In this document: piece by piece, positions 45,149 to 54,447 of the stretch | How the letters are laid out: each line of letters starts with the position of its first letter | Position numbering within the stretch: position 1 is the stretch's first letter | Assembly: GCA_020852815.1 (NCBI GenBank) | Contig: JADZAN010000015.1 | Coordinates: forward strand, 70,840-134,839 | Length of the DNA stretch: 64,000 nt | Source of the DNA: Gemmatimonadaceae bacterium | GTDB lineage: Bacteria > Gemmatimonadota > Gemmatimonadetes > Gemmatimonadales > Gemmatimonadaceae | Direction: 5' to 3' | The notes under the pieces: generated by a model | Seen by the model: only the letters and a program-made list of their open reading frames with translations | Databases searched by the model: none | Told to the model about the DNA's origin: nothing | Translations under genes and position numbers: made by a program

Positions 45149-46417
45149 CTAGAGTCCCTTCGTGGCCACGAGTTCGATGGCCTTCGCGAATGCGTCGATC
45201 TCGGCCACCGTCGTGTAGACGTTTGGCGTTACGCGAATGCACGAGAACTCGTTGGGGACGATCCGCGCCCGCACGTGGATGCGATGTCTGGTCATGAGGT
45301 GGTCCACGAGCTGGGGGCCGCTGACGCCGTCGATGCTCATCGCGCCTAACGCGCACGACTGCGCGTCGTCGTCGGGCGTGAGGAGCCGGACCTTGGGAAA
45401 CTGCGCCACGTGACGCGTCCACCGGCGCCGCAGGAAGCGGAGGCGCGCCGCCTTCCGCTCCGCGCCGATCGCCTCGTGGAAGTCGAGCGCCTCGGTGATC
45501 GGGTTGCGGATGTGCACGGGGAACGTCCCGATCGCCTCGAACTTGCGGATGTTGTCCTCCATCTCGGCGCTCGCGGCGAAGAGCGGCCAGATCGACTTGA
45601 TCTTCGACCGGCGCACATAGAGGAAACCGGTTCCCACCGGCGCCGAGAGCCACTTGTGCAGCGAGGTGCCGAAGTAGTCGCAGTCCAGGTCATCGCGCGT
45701 GAAGGGGAACTGCGCGAAGGCGTGCCCGCCATCCACCACGACCTCGATTCCCCGCGCGCGCGCCATGCGACAGATACGCTGCACGGGGGCGATCTGCCCA
45801 GTCGTGAAGTAGACGTGCGAGACGTGGAGGACCTTCGTGCGCGGCGTGATGGCTCCCTCGAAGCGCCGCACCAAGTCGTCCGGATCGGTGGCCGGCACGG
45901 GGAACGAGAAGAGCTTGAGGACGATCCCGTCGCGCCGCTCGCGCTGGCGCCACGCCGTGTGCATCGACGGGTAGTCCTGCGTGGTGGTGATCACCTCGTC
46001 GCCGCGCGACAGCGGCATCCCGAGCTGCACCGCCTCCAGCGCCTCGGTCGTGTTGCGGGTGACGGCCAACTCCTCGGCGTCACAGCCGAAGCGCGCCGCG
46101 AGCCGGCGCCGCACCACCTCGAACTCCGGATAGAGCATCTCGTCCACGTAGTGCGACGGGCTCATGTTCGTGAGCGTGAGGTAGTCGAGCTGTGCGCGCT
46201 GCACCGAACGCGGCGACGGGGCCACCGAGCCGTTGTTCAGGTTGATGTTGTTGCGGTCGACGGTGAACGCCTGTTGCACCTGGAACCAGAAATCCTCGTC
46301 ATCGGCAAGGTCGGCCGCGGGGCGCGACGGCTGGTAGGCGGCGAGGCGCTCGAGCCGCGCGGGGTCGAGCGTCGCGAGTGCGGCGCCGACGGAGGCGAGG
46401 AAGGTTCGGCGAAGCAT
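45149..46417 (-). CDS. Class-V aminotransferase-fold PLP enzyme with Tat-like leader (isopenicillin-N-epimerase/cysteine-desulfurase-like)
   Basis: MLRRTFLASVGAALATL has a twin-arginine motif. PLP-lysine region FGTSLHKWLSAPVGTGFLYV. Confidence 0.78.
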   Translation of the reverse strand: MLRRTFLASVGAALATLDPARLERLAAYQPSRPAADLADDEDFWFQVQQAFTVDRNNINLNNGSVAPSPRSVQRAQLDYLTLTNMSPSHYVDEMLYPEFEVVRRRLAARFGCDAEELAVTRNTTEALEAVQLGMPLSRGDEVITTTQDYPSMHTAWRQRERRDGIVLKLFSFPVPATDPDDLVRRFEGAITPRTKVLHVSHVYFTTGQIAPVQRICRMARARGIEVVVDGGHAFAQFPFTRDDLDCDYFGTSLHKWLSAPVGTGFLYVRRSKIKSIWPLFAASAEMEDNIRKFEAIGTFPVHIRNPITEALDFHEAIGAERKAARLRFLRRRWTRHVAQFPKVRLLTPDDDAQSCALGAMSIDGVSGPQLVDHLMTRHRIHVRARIVPNEFSCIRVTPNVYTTVAEIDAFAKAIELVATKGL

Positions 46418-46426
46418 ACCCTACCG

Positions 46427-46551
46427 GAGAAGACGAGAGGCCTGCCCCAGCGAAGGCTGGGGACGAGAGGACGAGAGGACGAGAAGATGGAGCGAAGCGA
46501 ACACCCCAGCGAATGCTGGGACCGAGAGGTGTTCCCCAGCGAAAGCTGGGG
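46427..46551 (-). repeat. Repeat family 1, locus D (opposite orientation, three hairpin units)
   Basis: GAGAAGACGAGAGGCCTG, hairpin CCCCAGCGAAGGCTGGGG (46445-46462), then (ACGAGAGG)n. Further hairpins at 46504-46520 and 46534-46551. Intergenic. Confidence 0.85.
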
Positions 46552-46589
46552 TCCACGTCATTTGCCCTTCGCGACCGAGCGCGTGACCA

Positions 46590-48224
46590 TCATGCCGTCG
46601 CCACGTTTGCTGCGGCGTCCAGCCCCAGCTCCGCCACCGCCACCTCGCGCATCTTGTACTTCTGCACCTTGCCCGACACGGTCATCGGGTAGGCGTCGAC
46701 AAACTTGATGTAGCGGGGAACCTTGTACGACGAAATCTGTCCCTTGCAGAAGTTCGTGATGTCGTCTGCCGTTGGCGTCGCCCCGGCCTTGGCGATGATC
46801 CACGCCATCACCTCCTCGCCGTAGCGCTCGCTGGGGACGCCGATCACCTGCGCGTCCTGCACCAGCGGATGCGTGTACAGGAATTCCTCGATCTCGCGCG
46901 GATAGATGTTCTCGCCGCCGCGAATGATCATGTCCTTGATGCGCCCCACGATGTTCACGTAGCCATCGTCGTCCATCGTCGCCAGGTCGCCGGTGTGCAT
47001 CCAGCCGCCCGTGTCGATCGCCGCGTGCGTGGCATGCGCGTCGTTCCAGTAGCCGATCATCACCGAGTAGCCGCGCGTGCACAGCTCACCCTTGGTCCCG
47101 CGCGGCACCGCGCGCCCGGTCTCCGGATCGACGACTTTCACCTCCACGTGCGGATGCACGCGCCCCACGGTGCTCACGCGCTTCTCCAGCGGATCGTCGG
47201 TCGCGCTCTGCGTCGACACGGGTGAGGTCTCCGTCATCCCGTAGCAGATCGTCACCTCCGTCATGTGCATCTCGGACTCCACGCGCTTCATCACCTCCAC
47301 CGGGCACGGCGACCCCGCCATGATCCCCGTGCGCAACGACGAGAGGTCGAACGTGACGAAGTCGGGAAGCGCCAGCTCGGCGATGAACATGCTGGGCACG
47401 CCATAGAGCGACGTGCAGCGCTCCTCCTGCACCGTCTCCAGCGCCAGCGTCGGGTCGAACGCTTCACCCGGCACCACCATGCACGCCCCGTGCGTGATGG
47501 CCGCCAGGTTGGCCATCACCATCCCGAAGCAGTGATAGAACGGGACGGGGATGCAGATGCGATCCTCGTGCGTGTAGTGCAGCGCCTGCCCGACGAAGTA
47601 GCCGTTGTTGAGGATGTTGTGGTGCGAGAGCGTGGCCCCCTTGGGAAAGCCCGTCGTCCCCGAGGTGTACTGGATGTTGATGGGATCGTCGAACTGGAGC
47701 GAATCCTCGCGCTCGGCCAGCGCCGCCTCGCTCACGTCGACGCCGTGCTCGAGGAAGGCGTCCCACTCCCCATCCAGGATCACGCGCTGCTGCATCTGCG
47801 GACAGTTGGGCTGCACCGCATCGACCATCTCGGCGTAGTGCGAGGTGCGAAAGTGACGCGCCAGGAAGAGGAGCTTGGTCCCCGACTGCGTGAGCGCGTA
47901 CTCCAGCTCCGCCGTCTTGTACGCCGGATTGATGTTCACGAGGATCGCGCCCACGCGCGCCGTGGCGAACTGGACCACGATCCACTCCCAGCGGTTCGGC
48001 GACCAGATCCCCACGCGGTCGCCCTGCTGGATCCCCGCCGCCATCAGCGAGCGCGCCAGCGCCGTCGTTGCATCCCAGAGCTGGCGATACGTGGCGCGAT
48101 ACCATTGCCCGCGCACCACCAGCGCCTCGCGATCGCCGAACCGCTCCACCGCACGCCTGAGCGCGGCGCCGATCGTCTCGCCGAGGAGCGGTGTGGTTGA
48201 TGTCCCGTGGACGTACGACAGCAC
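46590..48224 (-). CDS. AMP-dependent acyl-CoA synthetase/ligase
   Basis: GTG start at 48224. AMP-binding motif [20 protein letters not shown]. ..[38 protein letters not shown]. Confidence 0.9.
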   Translation of the reverse strand: MLSYVHGTSTTPLLGETIGAALRRAVERFGDREALVVRGQWYRATYRQLWDATTALARSLMAAGIQQGDRVGIWSPNRWEWIVVQFATARVGAILVNINPAYKTAELEYALTQSGTKLLFLARHFRTSHYAEMVDAVQPNCPQMQQRVILDGEWDAFLEHGVDVSEAALAEREDSLQFDDPINIQYTSGTTGFPKGATLSHHNILNNGYFVGQALHYTHEDRICIPVPFYHCFGMVMANLAAITHGACMVVPGEAFDPTLALETVQEERCTSLYGVPSMFIAELALPDFVTFDLSSLRTGIMAGSPCPVEVMKRVESEMHMTEVTICYGMTETSPVSTQSATDDPLEKRVSTVGRVHPHVEVKVVDPETGRAVPRGTKGELCTRGYSVMIGYWNDAHATHAAIDTGGWMHTGDLATMDDDGYVNIVGRIKDMIIRGGENIYPREIEEFLYTHPLVQDAQVIGVPSERYGEEVMAWIIAKAGATPTADDITNFCKGQISSYKVPRYIKFVDAYPMTVSGKVQKYKMREVAVAELGLDAAANVATA

Positions 48225-48343
48225 GTGCGCGCTCCAGGTCGGCTGGTGGCTACCTCAGGTACGCTACACTCGATCCGGGGGGCGTCCAGTGCGTCACGGC
48301 ACCGGTCGATGCACGTGATACACCCCGTTCGCCATCCCTTCCA

Positions 48344-50095
48344 TTACAAGTCGCTCCCTGCCGAGCGATACACCACTCGCCCGTTGAACATCGTCAGCAG
48401 GCAGCGCATCTCCTTGAGGTCGGCGACGGGCACGGCGTAGGGGTTGCGATCCCACACGGCGAGGTCGGCGTACTTCCCCACCTCCACCGAACCGATCTTT
48501 TGCTCGAGGAACATCTGCCGAGCGGCCCAGATGGTGACCGAACGCAGCGCCGTGCGCACATCCACCGACTCGGCGCGCCCGAACGGGTCGCCCCAGCTGC
48601 CTAACAACGTCTGGCGCGCCACCGAGCTCCAGATGCCGTACCGCGCGGCGTACGGCGTCACACCGAAGTCCGAGCCGTTGGCCCAGCGAATCCCCCGGGC
48701 GTTGAACGTGGCGAACGGGTTGAGTCGCCGCGATCTCGCGGTGCCGAAGTTGGCCGCGTAGGTGTCGCCCAGCCACCAGGCAAAGGTCGCCGACGGTTCC
48801 GGAAAGCCGGCGTCGTAGTCGCGTTGCAGCTGTGCCATCAGCGCGATGGCATGATCGCTCGGGATGTTCGCATGGATGATCCCGTGCCGCAGCCCCGTGG
48901 TCGGCTTCGCCTTGAGCGCCTCGACGAACGAGTCCATCGTCCAATCGATGCCGCGATCGCCGATGGAGTGGACGCTCACGTGGAAGCCGGCGTCGTGATA
49001 CATCCTGATCAGGAGGCGCACGGTGTCGGGATTGCTCGCCGGGTAGCCGCGGTTCCCCGTGTCGGTGTCGGTGTACCCCTTGTTCCAGTCGTCGTACAGC
49101 CACGCCGTCCGCGCCCCGCCACTCCCGTCGATGTAGAGCTTTACCCCGCCGGCGATGACCTGGTCGTCGCCGGTCGTTTCGTAGGGGCGTGTCATGGCCG
49201 CGCGCTCGGCGATCAGTCGCCGCGCCCCCTCCACCGAGCGCCCCCCCTGCCAGAGGGCGAAGATGCGGACCGGGAGGTCGCCTGCGCGTTGCACCCGGCG
49301 GTAAGCCTCCCACGTTGCCGCGGAGATCCCGGGGTCCTTCGCCCCGGTCATCCCCTCGGCGTTGAATCCCTTGGCCAGGTCGCGCAGGCTCTGGTCGAGC
49401 TGGGCCGCCGTGCGCGGCGGGATGAGGCGCCGCACCAGTCCCTGCGCCGACTCCTTGAGGACCCCCGTCGGCGTCCCGTCCGGGAAGCGGTCGATAGTCC
49501 CGTTAGGCGGGTCGGCGGTGGCCTTCGTGATTCCCGCCAGCCGCAACGCGACGCTGTTGGCCACGCCGTAGTGACCGGTCGTCTGCGTGAGGTAGACCGG
49601 GTTGTCCGGCGAGACCGCATCCAGGTCGCGCGCCGTCACGTAGCGATGCTCGACGAGCTTCCCCTCGTCCCACCCATGCCCTTCCACCCAGCCGTTGCGC
49701 CCCGCCTTCGCCACCTGGGCCCCCACCCTGGCCACGACCTCGGCGATGGACTTCGCACCGGGATAGGAGAGATCGAGCCGCTCGGCGTAGCCGCCGCTGA
49801 AGTGCGCATGCGCGTCCAGGAGCCCCGGCGTCACGGTGCGCCCGCGCAGGTCGATGCGCTCGGTCGCGGGCCCCGCCAGGATCTCCACCTCCGCGTTGCT
49901 CCCCACCGCCACGATCCGGCTGCCGCGAATGGCGACCGCCTGCGCCACGCGATCGTTGGCGTCGACGGTGAGCACCGTCCCGTTCACGAGGATGATGTCG
50001 GCGCGCGCTGGCTGCTGCGCGTGCATGGGGCGGTGAGCCAGGACCAGGCCGCCGATCGCCGCGACGGCGCGGATCCTCGAGGTCAGGCGATGCAT
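48344..50095 (-). CDS. Amidohydrolase-family metallohydrolase (Amidohydro_3-like), secreted
   Basis: Signal peptide. VTPGLLDAHAHF metal-binding start. ..VSVHSIGD..HGIIHAN..ANGSDFGV. Confidence 0.82.
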   Translation of the reverse strand: MHRLTSRIRAVAAIGGLVLAHRPMHAQQPARADIILVNGTVLTVDANDRVAQAVAIRGSRIVAVGSNAEVEILAGPATERIDLRGRTVTPGLLDAHAHFSGGYAERLDLSYPGAKSIAEVVARVGAQVAKAGRNGWVEGHGWDEGKLVEHRYVTARDLDAVSPDNPVYLTQTTGHYGVANSVALRLAGITKATADPPNGTIDRFPDGTPTGVLKESAQGLVRRLIPPRTAAQLDQSLRDLAKGFNAEGMTGAKDPGISAATWEAYRRVQRAGDLPVRIFALWQGGRSVEGARRLIAERAAMTRPYETTGDDQVIAGGVKLYIDGSGGARTAWLYDDWNKGYTDTDTGNRGYPASNPDTVRLLIRMYHDAGFHVSVHSIGDRGIDWTMDSFVEALKAKPTTGLRHGIIHANIPSDHAIALMAQLQRDYDAGFPEPSATFAWWLGDTYAANFGTARSRRLNPFATFNARGIRWANGSDFGVTPYAARYGIWSSVARQTLLGSWGDPFGRAESVDVRTALRSVTIWAARQMFLEQKIGSVEVGKYADLAVWDRNPYAVPVADLKEMRCLLTMFNGRVVYRSAGSDL

Positions 50096-50206
50096 GATGA
50101 CGGAGGAGGCAAGAGGCAGGAGGGGCGCGACCTGGTGGCCGCGCCCCTCGCCAAACTCCGCCGCCGCCCTGGTGTTGTCGAGGGGGCGGGCGGGGTGTGC
50201 CGCGCG

Positions 50207-51043
50207 CTAGAAGACGAGCGAGAACGAGACCGGGATTGCCGACACGCTCTTGAAGAACGTCTTGCTGCCATCGACCGGGATCTGGCGCAGCCGGGCCTCG
50301 AGCCCGCCGCCTAACGGGCCGAGCTTGAAGCGAATCCCCGCGCCCGCGTTGTACGCCCACTCCACGCCGTCCAGCGCCTCGCCCACGGTGGTCACGTCGG
50401 TGCGGAACGAGACGGCGCCAATCCCGCCAATGAGATACGGCTGGAACCCGCGCGGGCCGAGGGGGAGTTCGAGGTTGGCAAAGGTCCCCAGCAATGAGGA
50501 GATCGCCCCGTCGCCCAGCTTGTTGAGGTCGGGGAGCTTGGGGGCGGCCAGCGCCTGCGCCTGCAGCTGGCGGGTAGCGCCGCGCGCTGCTCCCGGCTGC
50601 ACCGACGCATACGCCACCGGCTGCCGCGCCAGCGATGCCGCCAGTGCGCGCACCTTCTCCTCGATCACGCTAAAGCGCATGTAGGCCAGCTCCGGGCGCA
50701 AGCGGAGCTTCTGGTGAAGGACGGCGACGATGACCGAGCCGCTCGCCTGTACCCCCAGGTCGTGATAGGTGGAGAAACCGCCCGTCGGGACCGAGGCGCC
50801 GCCCGAGAGGACCAATCGCACGCGACGCGGCCCGTTAGGCTGCGCCGACGGCGACGGTGGCGACACGGCCTGTGCTGCCAGCGAACTGGCGAGCGTGGTT
50901 ACGGCAACCGTGATCGCGGCGACGGCTGCAACGAAGCGCCCCGCCGCCGTCCATCCCCTCCACGCCGCCCGGACCGCCGTACGTGCCGCTTCCATCCGCG
51001 CCGTTGTCTCTCCGCTCGCCGTTGCGACACCTGATGTCCGCAT
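50207..51043 (-). CDS. Outer-membrane beta-barrel protein (OmpW/porin-like, small)
   Basis: Signal peptide ending SLAAQA. Alternating beta-strand pattern. C-terminal ..IPVSFSLVF with a terminal Phe. Start is ATG 51043 or 50995; the rest of ORF 50207..51691 is not credible. Confidence 0.6.
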   Translation of the reverse strand: MRTSGVATASGETTARMEAARTAVRAAWRGWTAAGRFVAAVAAITVAVTTLASSLAAQAVSPPSPSAQPNGPRRVRLVLSGGASVPTGGFSTYHDLGVQASGSVIVAVLHQKLRLRPELAYMRFSVIEEKVRALAASLARQPVAYASVQPGAARGATRQLQAQALAAPKLPDLNKLGDGAISSLLGTFANLELPLGPRGFQPYLIGGIGAVSFRTDVTTVGEALDGVEWAYNAGAGIRFKLGPLGGGLEARLRQIPVDGSKTFFKSVSAIPVSFSLVF

Positions 51044-51383
51044 ACGCCTCACCTCGCACCGTTGCACGCGACGGCTGTCCGGGGGGCGCCTCCCAAGGCG
51101 AGGGCGCGGTCGCACAGGCAGGCCGGCGTGGAGCGCCAATATGCACGCCAGCTGGCGGCGTGCGCGAGCCTCTCGTACTGGCCAACGACCGCTCGTCGCG
51201 CCCCGGGATGCCCGTGCGCCGGCGTCTCGCTGCGGCCAGTTGCAGCGCGACAATGTGCCAACGCGAAGCTGAGGTCGCCTGAGGGGGCACAGGGGCGGCG
51301 GCGCATGCGCACCGATTTGCTGGCGCGGATTTTTCAGAGTGGGGAGCGACTCGCGGCTCCCCCCACTCCCACCGCCTCGCCAC

Positions 51384-53921
51384 ATGTCCGGCCACACCCT
51401 CCCAGCGCGTCGAGCGCTCGCGCGCCTTCGTTGTGCGATCGCCCCGCTCTGCCTCGCGATCGTCGCTGCCTGCGGCGGCGACGGTGGCTCGACCTCACCG
51501 CCACCCACCCCCCAGGGCTTCGCCGTCGCGCTCTCGGCCAACTCGCTCTCCATCGAACAGGGGGCATCGGGGAGCATCACGGCAACGGTCACGCGTACCG
51601 GCGGCTTCACCGGCGCTGTCGACGTGAGCGCCGAGGGGCTCCCCAGCGGCGTCACGGCTACGCTGACACCATCGAGCATTGGCAGCGGCACGACGACCGG
51701 CTCGCTCGCCGTGAGCGTTGCGACGTCGGTCGCCCCCGGCAGCTACAACTTCACCATCCGCGCCAAGGCGACCGGGCTGAGCGACCAGACCTTCACCGCA
51801 TCGCTCAGCGTGACCGCCAAGCCGGTCATCACCGTGGCGCTTGCTCCGGCCACGGCTTCCATTGCACAGGGCGGGAGCGGCTCGTTCAAGGCGACCATCG
51901 CGCGCACCAACTTCACGGGTAGTGTTGCCGTCGCCGTCACCGGCGCCCCAACCGGCGTCACGACGACCGTCACGCAGTCGGCCGACACCTTCGCCGTTGC
52001 CGTCGCCGTCAGCCTCAACACGCCTCAGGGGAACTACCCGCTCACCGTCACCGCCTCGGGGAGTGGCGTCTCCAACGCAACGGCCACCTACACGCTCGCT
52101 GTCGTCGCGCGCCCGGCGAGCATCGCCCTCGCAGTGTCGGGTTCGACCACCCTCACCACCTCGGCGGGAGGGGCCAACGTCTCGGCGACCATCATCATCA
52201 ATCGCACCGAGTACCTGGGTGACGTCACGCTCGCCGTTGCGGGGACGCTCCCCAACGGCGTGTCGGCGACCTTTGCTCCGTCGCCCACCTCCGGCAACTC
52301 CATCACGGCGACCTTCTCCACCACGGCACAGACGGTGGCCGCGACCTATCCCATCACGCTCAAGGGGTCGGGGACAGGGATCACCGATGCCACCGTGGCA
52401 ATCACGCTCGTCGTGAACCCGGTGGCGTCCATCTCGTCCATCACGCTGAGCCGCACCACGCTCTCCATCGCGCAGGGTGGAACCGACGCCACGAGCGTGA
52501 GCATCGTGCGCAGCAACTTCGCGGGGGCGGTCACCTTCGCCGTGAGCGGGCTCCCGAACGGCGTCACCGCCGATTTCGGCGTCAATCCCACTGGGGGAAA
52601 CGGCGCCACGCTCACGTTCAGTGTGCCGGCAGGCGCAACGCCGGGAAGTTCGGTCGTGACCGTCACCGCCTCGGGGGCGGGGATCGCCACGGTCTCGGCG
52701 CAGCTCACGCTCACCATCACGCCGGGCGGCCAGACCGGGAACGCCACGTTCCAGTTCTGCGGCAGCGCGAGCAACACGCCGCTCTGGTTCGCGGCGCAGA
52801 CGGGTTCCACATGGCAGCAGATCCTCCCGTCGTCACCCAACGCGTACTCGATCACCGTCGGGAACAGCGCTGGTGTGGCGTGGGTGACGCAGGACGACGC
52901 GACCACGACGACCCTGCACATCTTCTATGGCACGCAGTCCGAGCTTGCGGAGCGCGCAGCGACTCAGTGCGTGTCGCCCAGCGGGAAGACGGTGACCGGA
53001 TCGGTGGCGGGGCTCGCGATCACGGACGCCGCCACGGTCAGCTTCGGGGGGCAGAGCGCGGCATCGCTCACCTCGTTCGCCCCGAATTTCACGCTGTCCA
53101 ACATTCCCGACGGAGTGCACGACCTGGTCGCCGCCCGCTTGCAACTGCCGGGGATGCAGGCCGACCGTATCATCATCCAGCGCGGACTCAACCCGGCCAA
53201 CAACTCATCGTTGGGAACGCTGAACTTTGCCGGCGCTTCGGCTATCACCACCGTGCCGCGCACCGTGAACGTGCAGGGGGTGGCCGGTGGCGAGTCGGTC
53301 ACCGCCTTCGCCGCCCTCAGGACCGCGAACGGGACGAGCGCGACAGTCGGCATGGCGCTTCCCGGCGCCTCGACCACGCCGCAGGTGAACGTCGTCCCCG
53401 CCGCGTCACTCGTGACCGGTGACCTGCACACCTTCACCGCCATGGCGGGGATCGTGGCCAGCAGCGTCATGACCATGGGGCGTGTCGTGACGCACCTGAC
53501 GTCGAGCGCGGCGAACCCCACGCTGGCGTTAGGCCCGGACCTCAACGCGCCGACCGTCTCCACCTTCGGCTTGCAGGGAGGCGTGATCCGCGTGCGGACC
53601 GCGTTCCCCATCCAGGCGCAGTACAACTCCCTTTGGGTCCTGGGCTACGCACAGAGTTCGGGCGGTGCCAATCGCAACGTCGAAGTGGTGGTGAGTGGTG
53701 CCTACCAGAACCTCGTGAACGGGGCGTCGTTCGGGAACAACATGCCCGACTTCTCCATCGTCCCGGGGTGGCAGTCTGCGTGGGGGCTGCAGAACAACGT
53801 CCTGATCTCGTGGTCGGTGTACGGCTTCGGCTGGTCGCTGGGGAGTGGCCTGTCGCAACCCATCCTCGACGGCACCACCATCCTCGGTGCGTTCAAGACG
53901 GGGAGTTACACCCCGCCCTGA
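51384..53921 (+). CDS. Large lipoprotein with four tandem ~100-aa Ig-like repeats and a ~400-aa C-terminal domain
   Basis: ATG 51384. Lipobox LAIVAAC. Repeats spanning nt 51519-52730 share LSIxQGGSGSxxATIxRTNFTGAVxxAVSGLPxGVTAxF..TVTASG. The C-terminal domain has no motif I recognise. Confidence 0.75.
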   Translation: MSGHTLPARRALARLRCAIAPLCLAIVAACGGDGGSTSPPPTPQGFAVALSANSLSIEQGASGSITATVTRTGGFTGAVDVSAEGLPSGVTATLTPSSIGSGTTTGSLAVSVATSVAPGSYNFTIRAKATGLSDQTFTASLSVTAKPVITVALAPATASIAQGGSGSFKATIARTNFTGSVAVAVTGAPTGVTTTVTQSADTFAVAVAVSLNTPQGNYPLTVTASGSGVSNATATYTLAVVARPASIALAVSGSTTLTTSAGGANVSATIIINRTEYLGDVTLAVAGTLPNGVSATFAPSPTSGNSITATFSTTAQTVAATYPITLKGSGTGITDATVAITLVVNPVASISSITLSRTTLSIAQGGTDATSVSIVRSNFAGAVTFAVSGLPNGVTADFGVNPTGGNGATLTFSVPAGATPGSSVVTVTASGAGIATVSAQLTLTITPGGQTGNATFQFCGSASNTPLWFAAQTGSTWQQILPSSPNAYSITVGNSAGVAWVTQDDATTTTLHIFYGTQSELAERAATQCVSPSGKTVTGSVAGLAITDAATVSFGGQSAASLTSFAPNFTLSNIPDGVHDLVAARLQLPGMQADRIIIQRGLNPANNSSLGTLNFAGASAITTVPRTVNVQGVAGGESVTAFAALRTANGTSATVGMALPGASTTPQVNVVPAASLVTGDLHTFTAMAGIVASSVMTMGRVVTHLTSSAANPTLALGPDLNAPTVSTFGLQGGVIRVRTAFPIQAQYNSLWVLGYAQSSGGANRNVEVVVSGAYQNLVNGASFGNNMPDFSIVPGWQSAWGLQNNVLISWSVYGFGWSLGSGLSQPILDGTTILGAFKTGSYTPP

Positions 53922-53962
53922 TCCGCCCCAGGCCCCTCCTCGTTCCAGGCGACCAGCGCCCA

Positions 53963-53995
53963 GGGCGCGCGGTGCGCGTTAGGCACCGCGCGCCC
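53963..53995. terminator. 13-bp GC-rich hairpin downstream of the repeat lipoprotein gene
   Basis: GGGCGCGCGGTGC (53963-53975) pairs with GCACCGCGCGCCC (53983-53995). The loop is GCGTTAG, so the CGTTAGG motif (53977-53983) spans the loop and the first base of the 3' arm. A near-copy of the 3' half occurs at 54005-54025. Confidence 0.4.
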
Positions 53996-54051
53996 CTGGT
54001 GGCTGGCGCGTCAGGCACCGCGCGGCGGCGACAGACGCTAACATTCGTCGC

Positions 54052-54447
54052 ATGACGACACCGCCGGTTTTCCCGTACGAGCAACTGGGGGGGGAGGAAG
54101 GGATCCGTCGCCTGGTCGATCGCTTCTACGACCTCATGGATTCGTCGCCCGAGGCGGCGAACGTGCGCGCGCTCCACGCGGCGAGCCTCAAGCGCTCGCG
54201 CGAGAAGCTCTTCATGTACCTCACGGGATGGACCGGCGGGCCGCCGCTATACGAGGAACAGTTCGGCCATCCGCGCCTGCGCATTCGGCACATGCCGTTC
54301 GCGATTGGCGAGCGCGAGCGTGACGAATGGCTCTGGTGCATGGAGACGGCGCTCGACGAGCACCCCATGCCCGACGAGCTGCGTGAGTTCCTGCGCGGCA
54401 AGATCCGCCACCTGGCCGACTTCATGCGCAACCAGGGCGACGCCTAA
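54052..54447 (+). CDS. Group II truncated haemoglobin (trHbO-like)
   Basis: 131 aa. YEQLGGEEGIRRLVDRFYDLM..LFMYLTGWTGGPPLYEEQFGHPRLRIRHMPFAIGERERDEWL is typical of the 2-on-2 globin YjbI/GlbO family. Confidence 0.85.
   Translation: MTTPPVFPYEQLGGEEGIRRLVDRFYDLMDSSPEAANVRALHAASLKRSREKLFMYLTGWTGGPPLYEEQFGHPRLRIRHMPFAIGERERDEWLWCMETALDEHPMPDELREFLRGKIRHLADFMRNQGDA

Noticed and set aside
16083-46551. Interpreting the repeat loci as CRISPR arrays
   Set aside because: The units are 18-nt hairpins present in 1-3 copies, with irregular short spacers made of simple TCGTC-type repeats. There are no regularly sized unique spacers and no cas genes.
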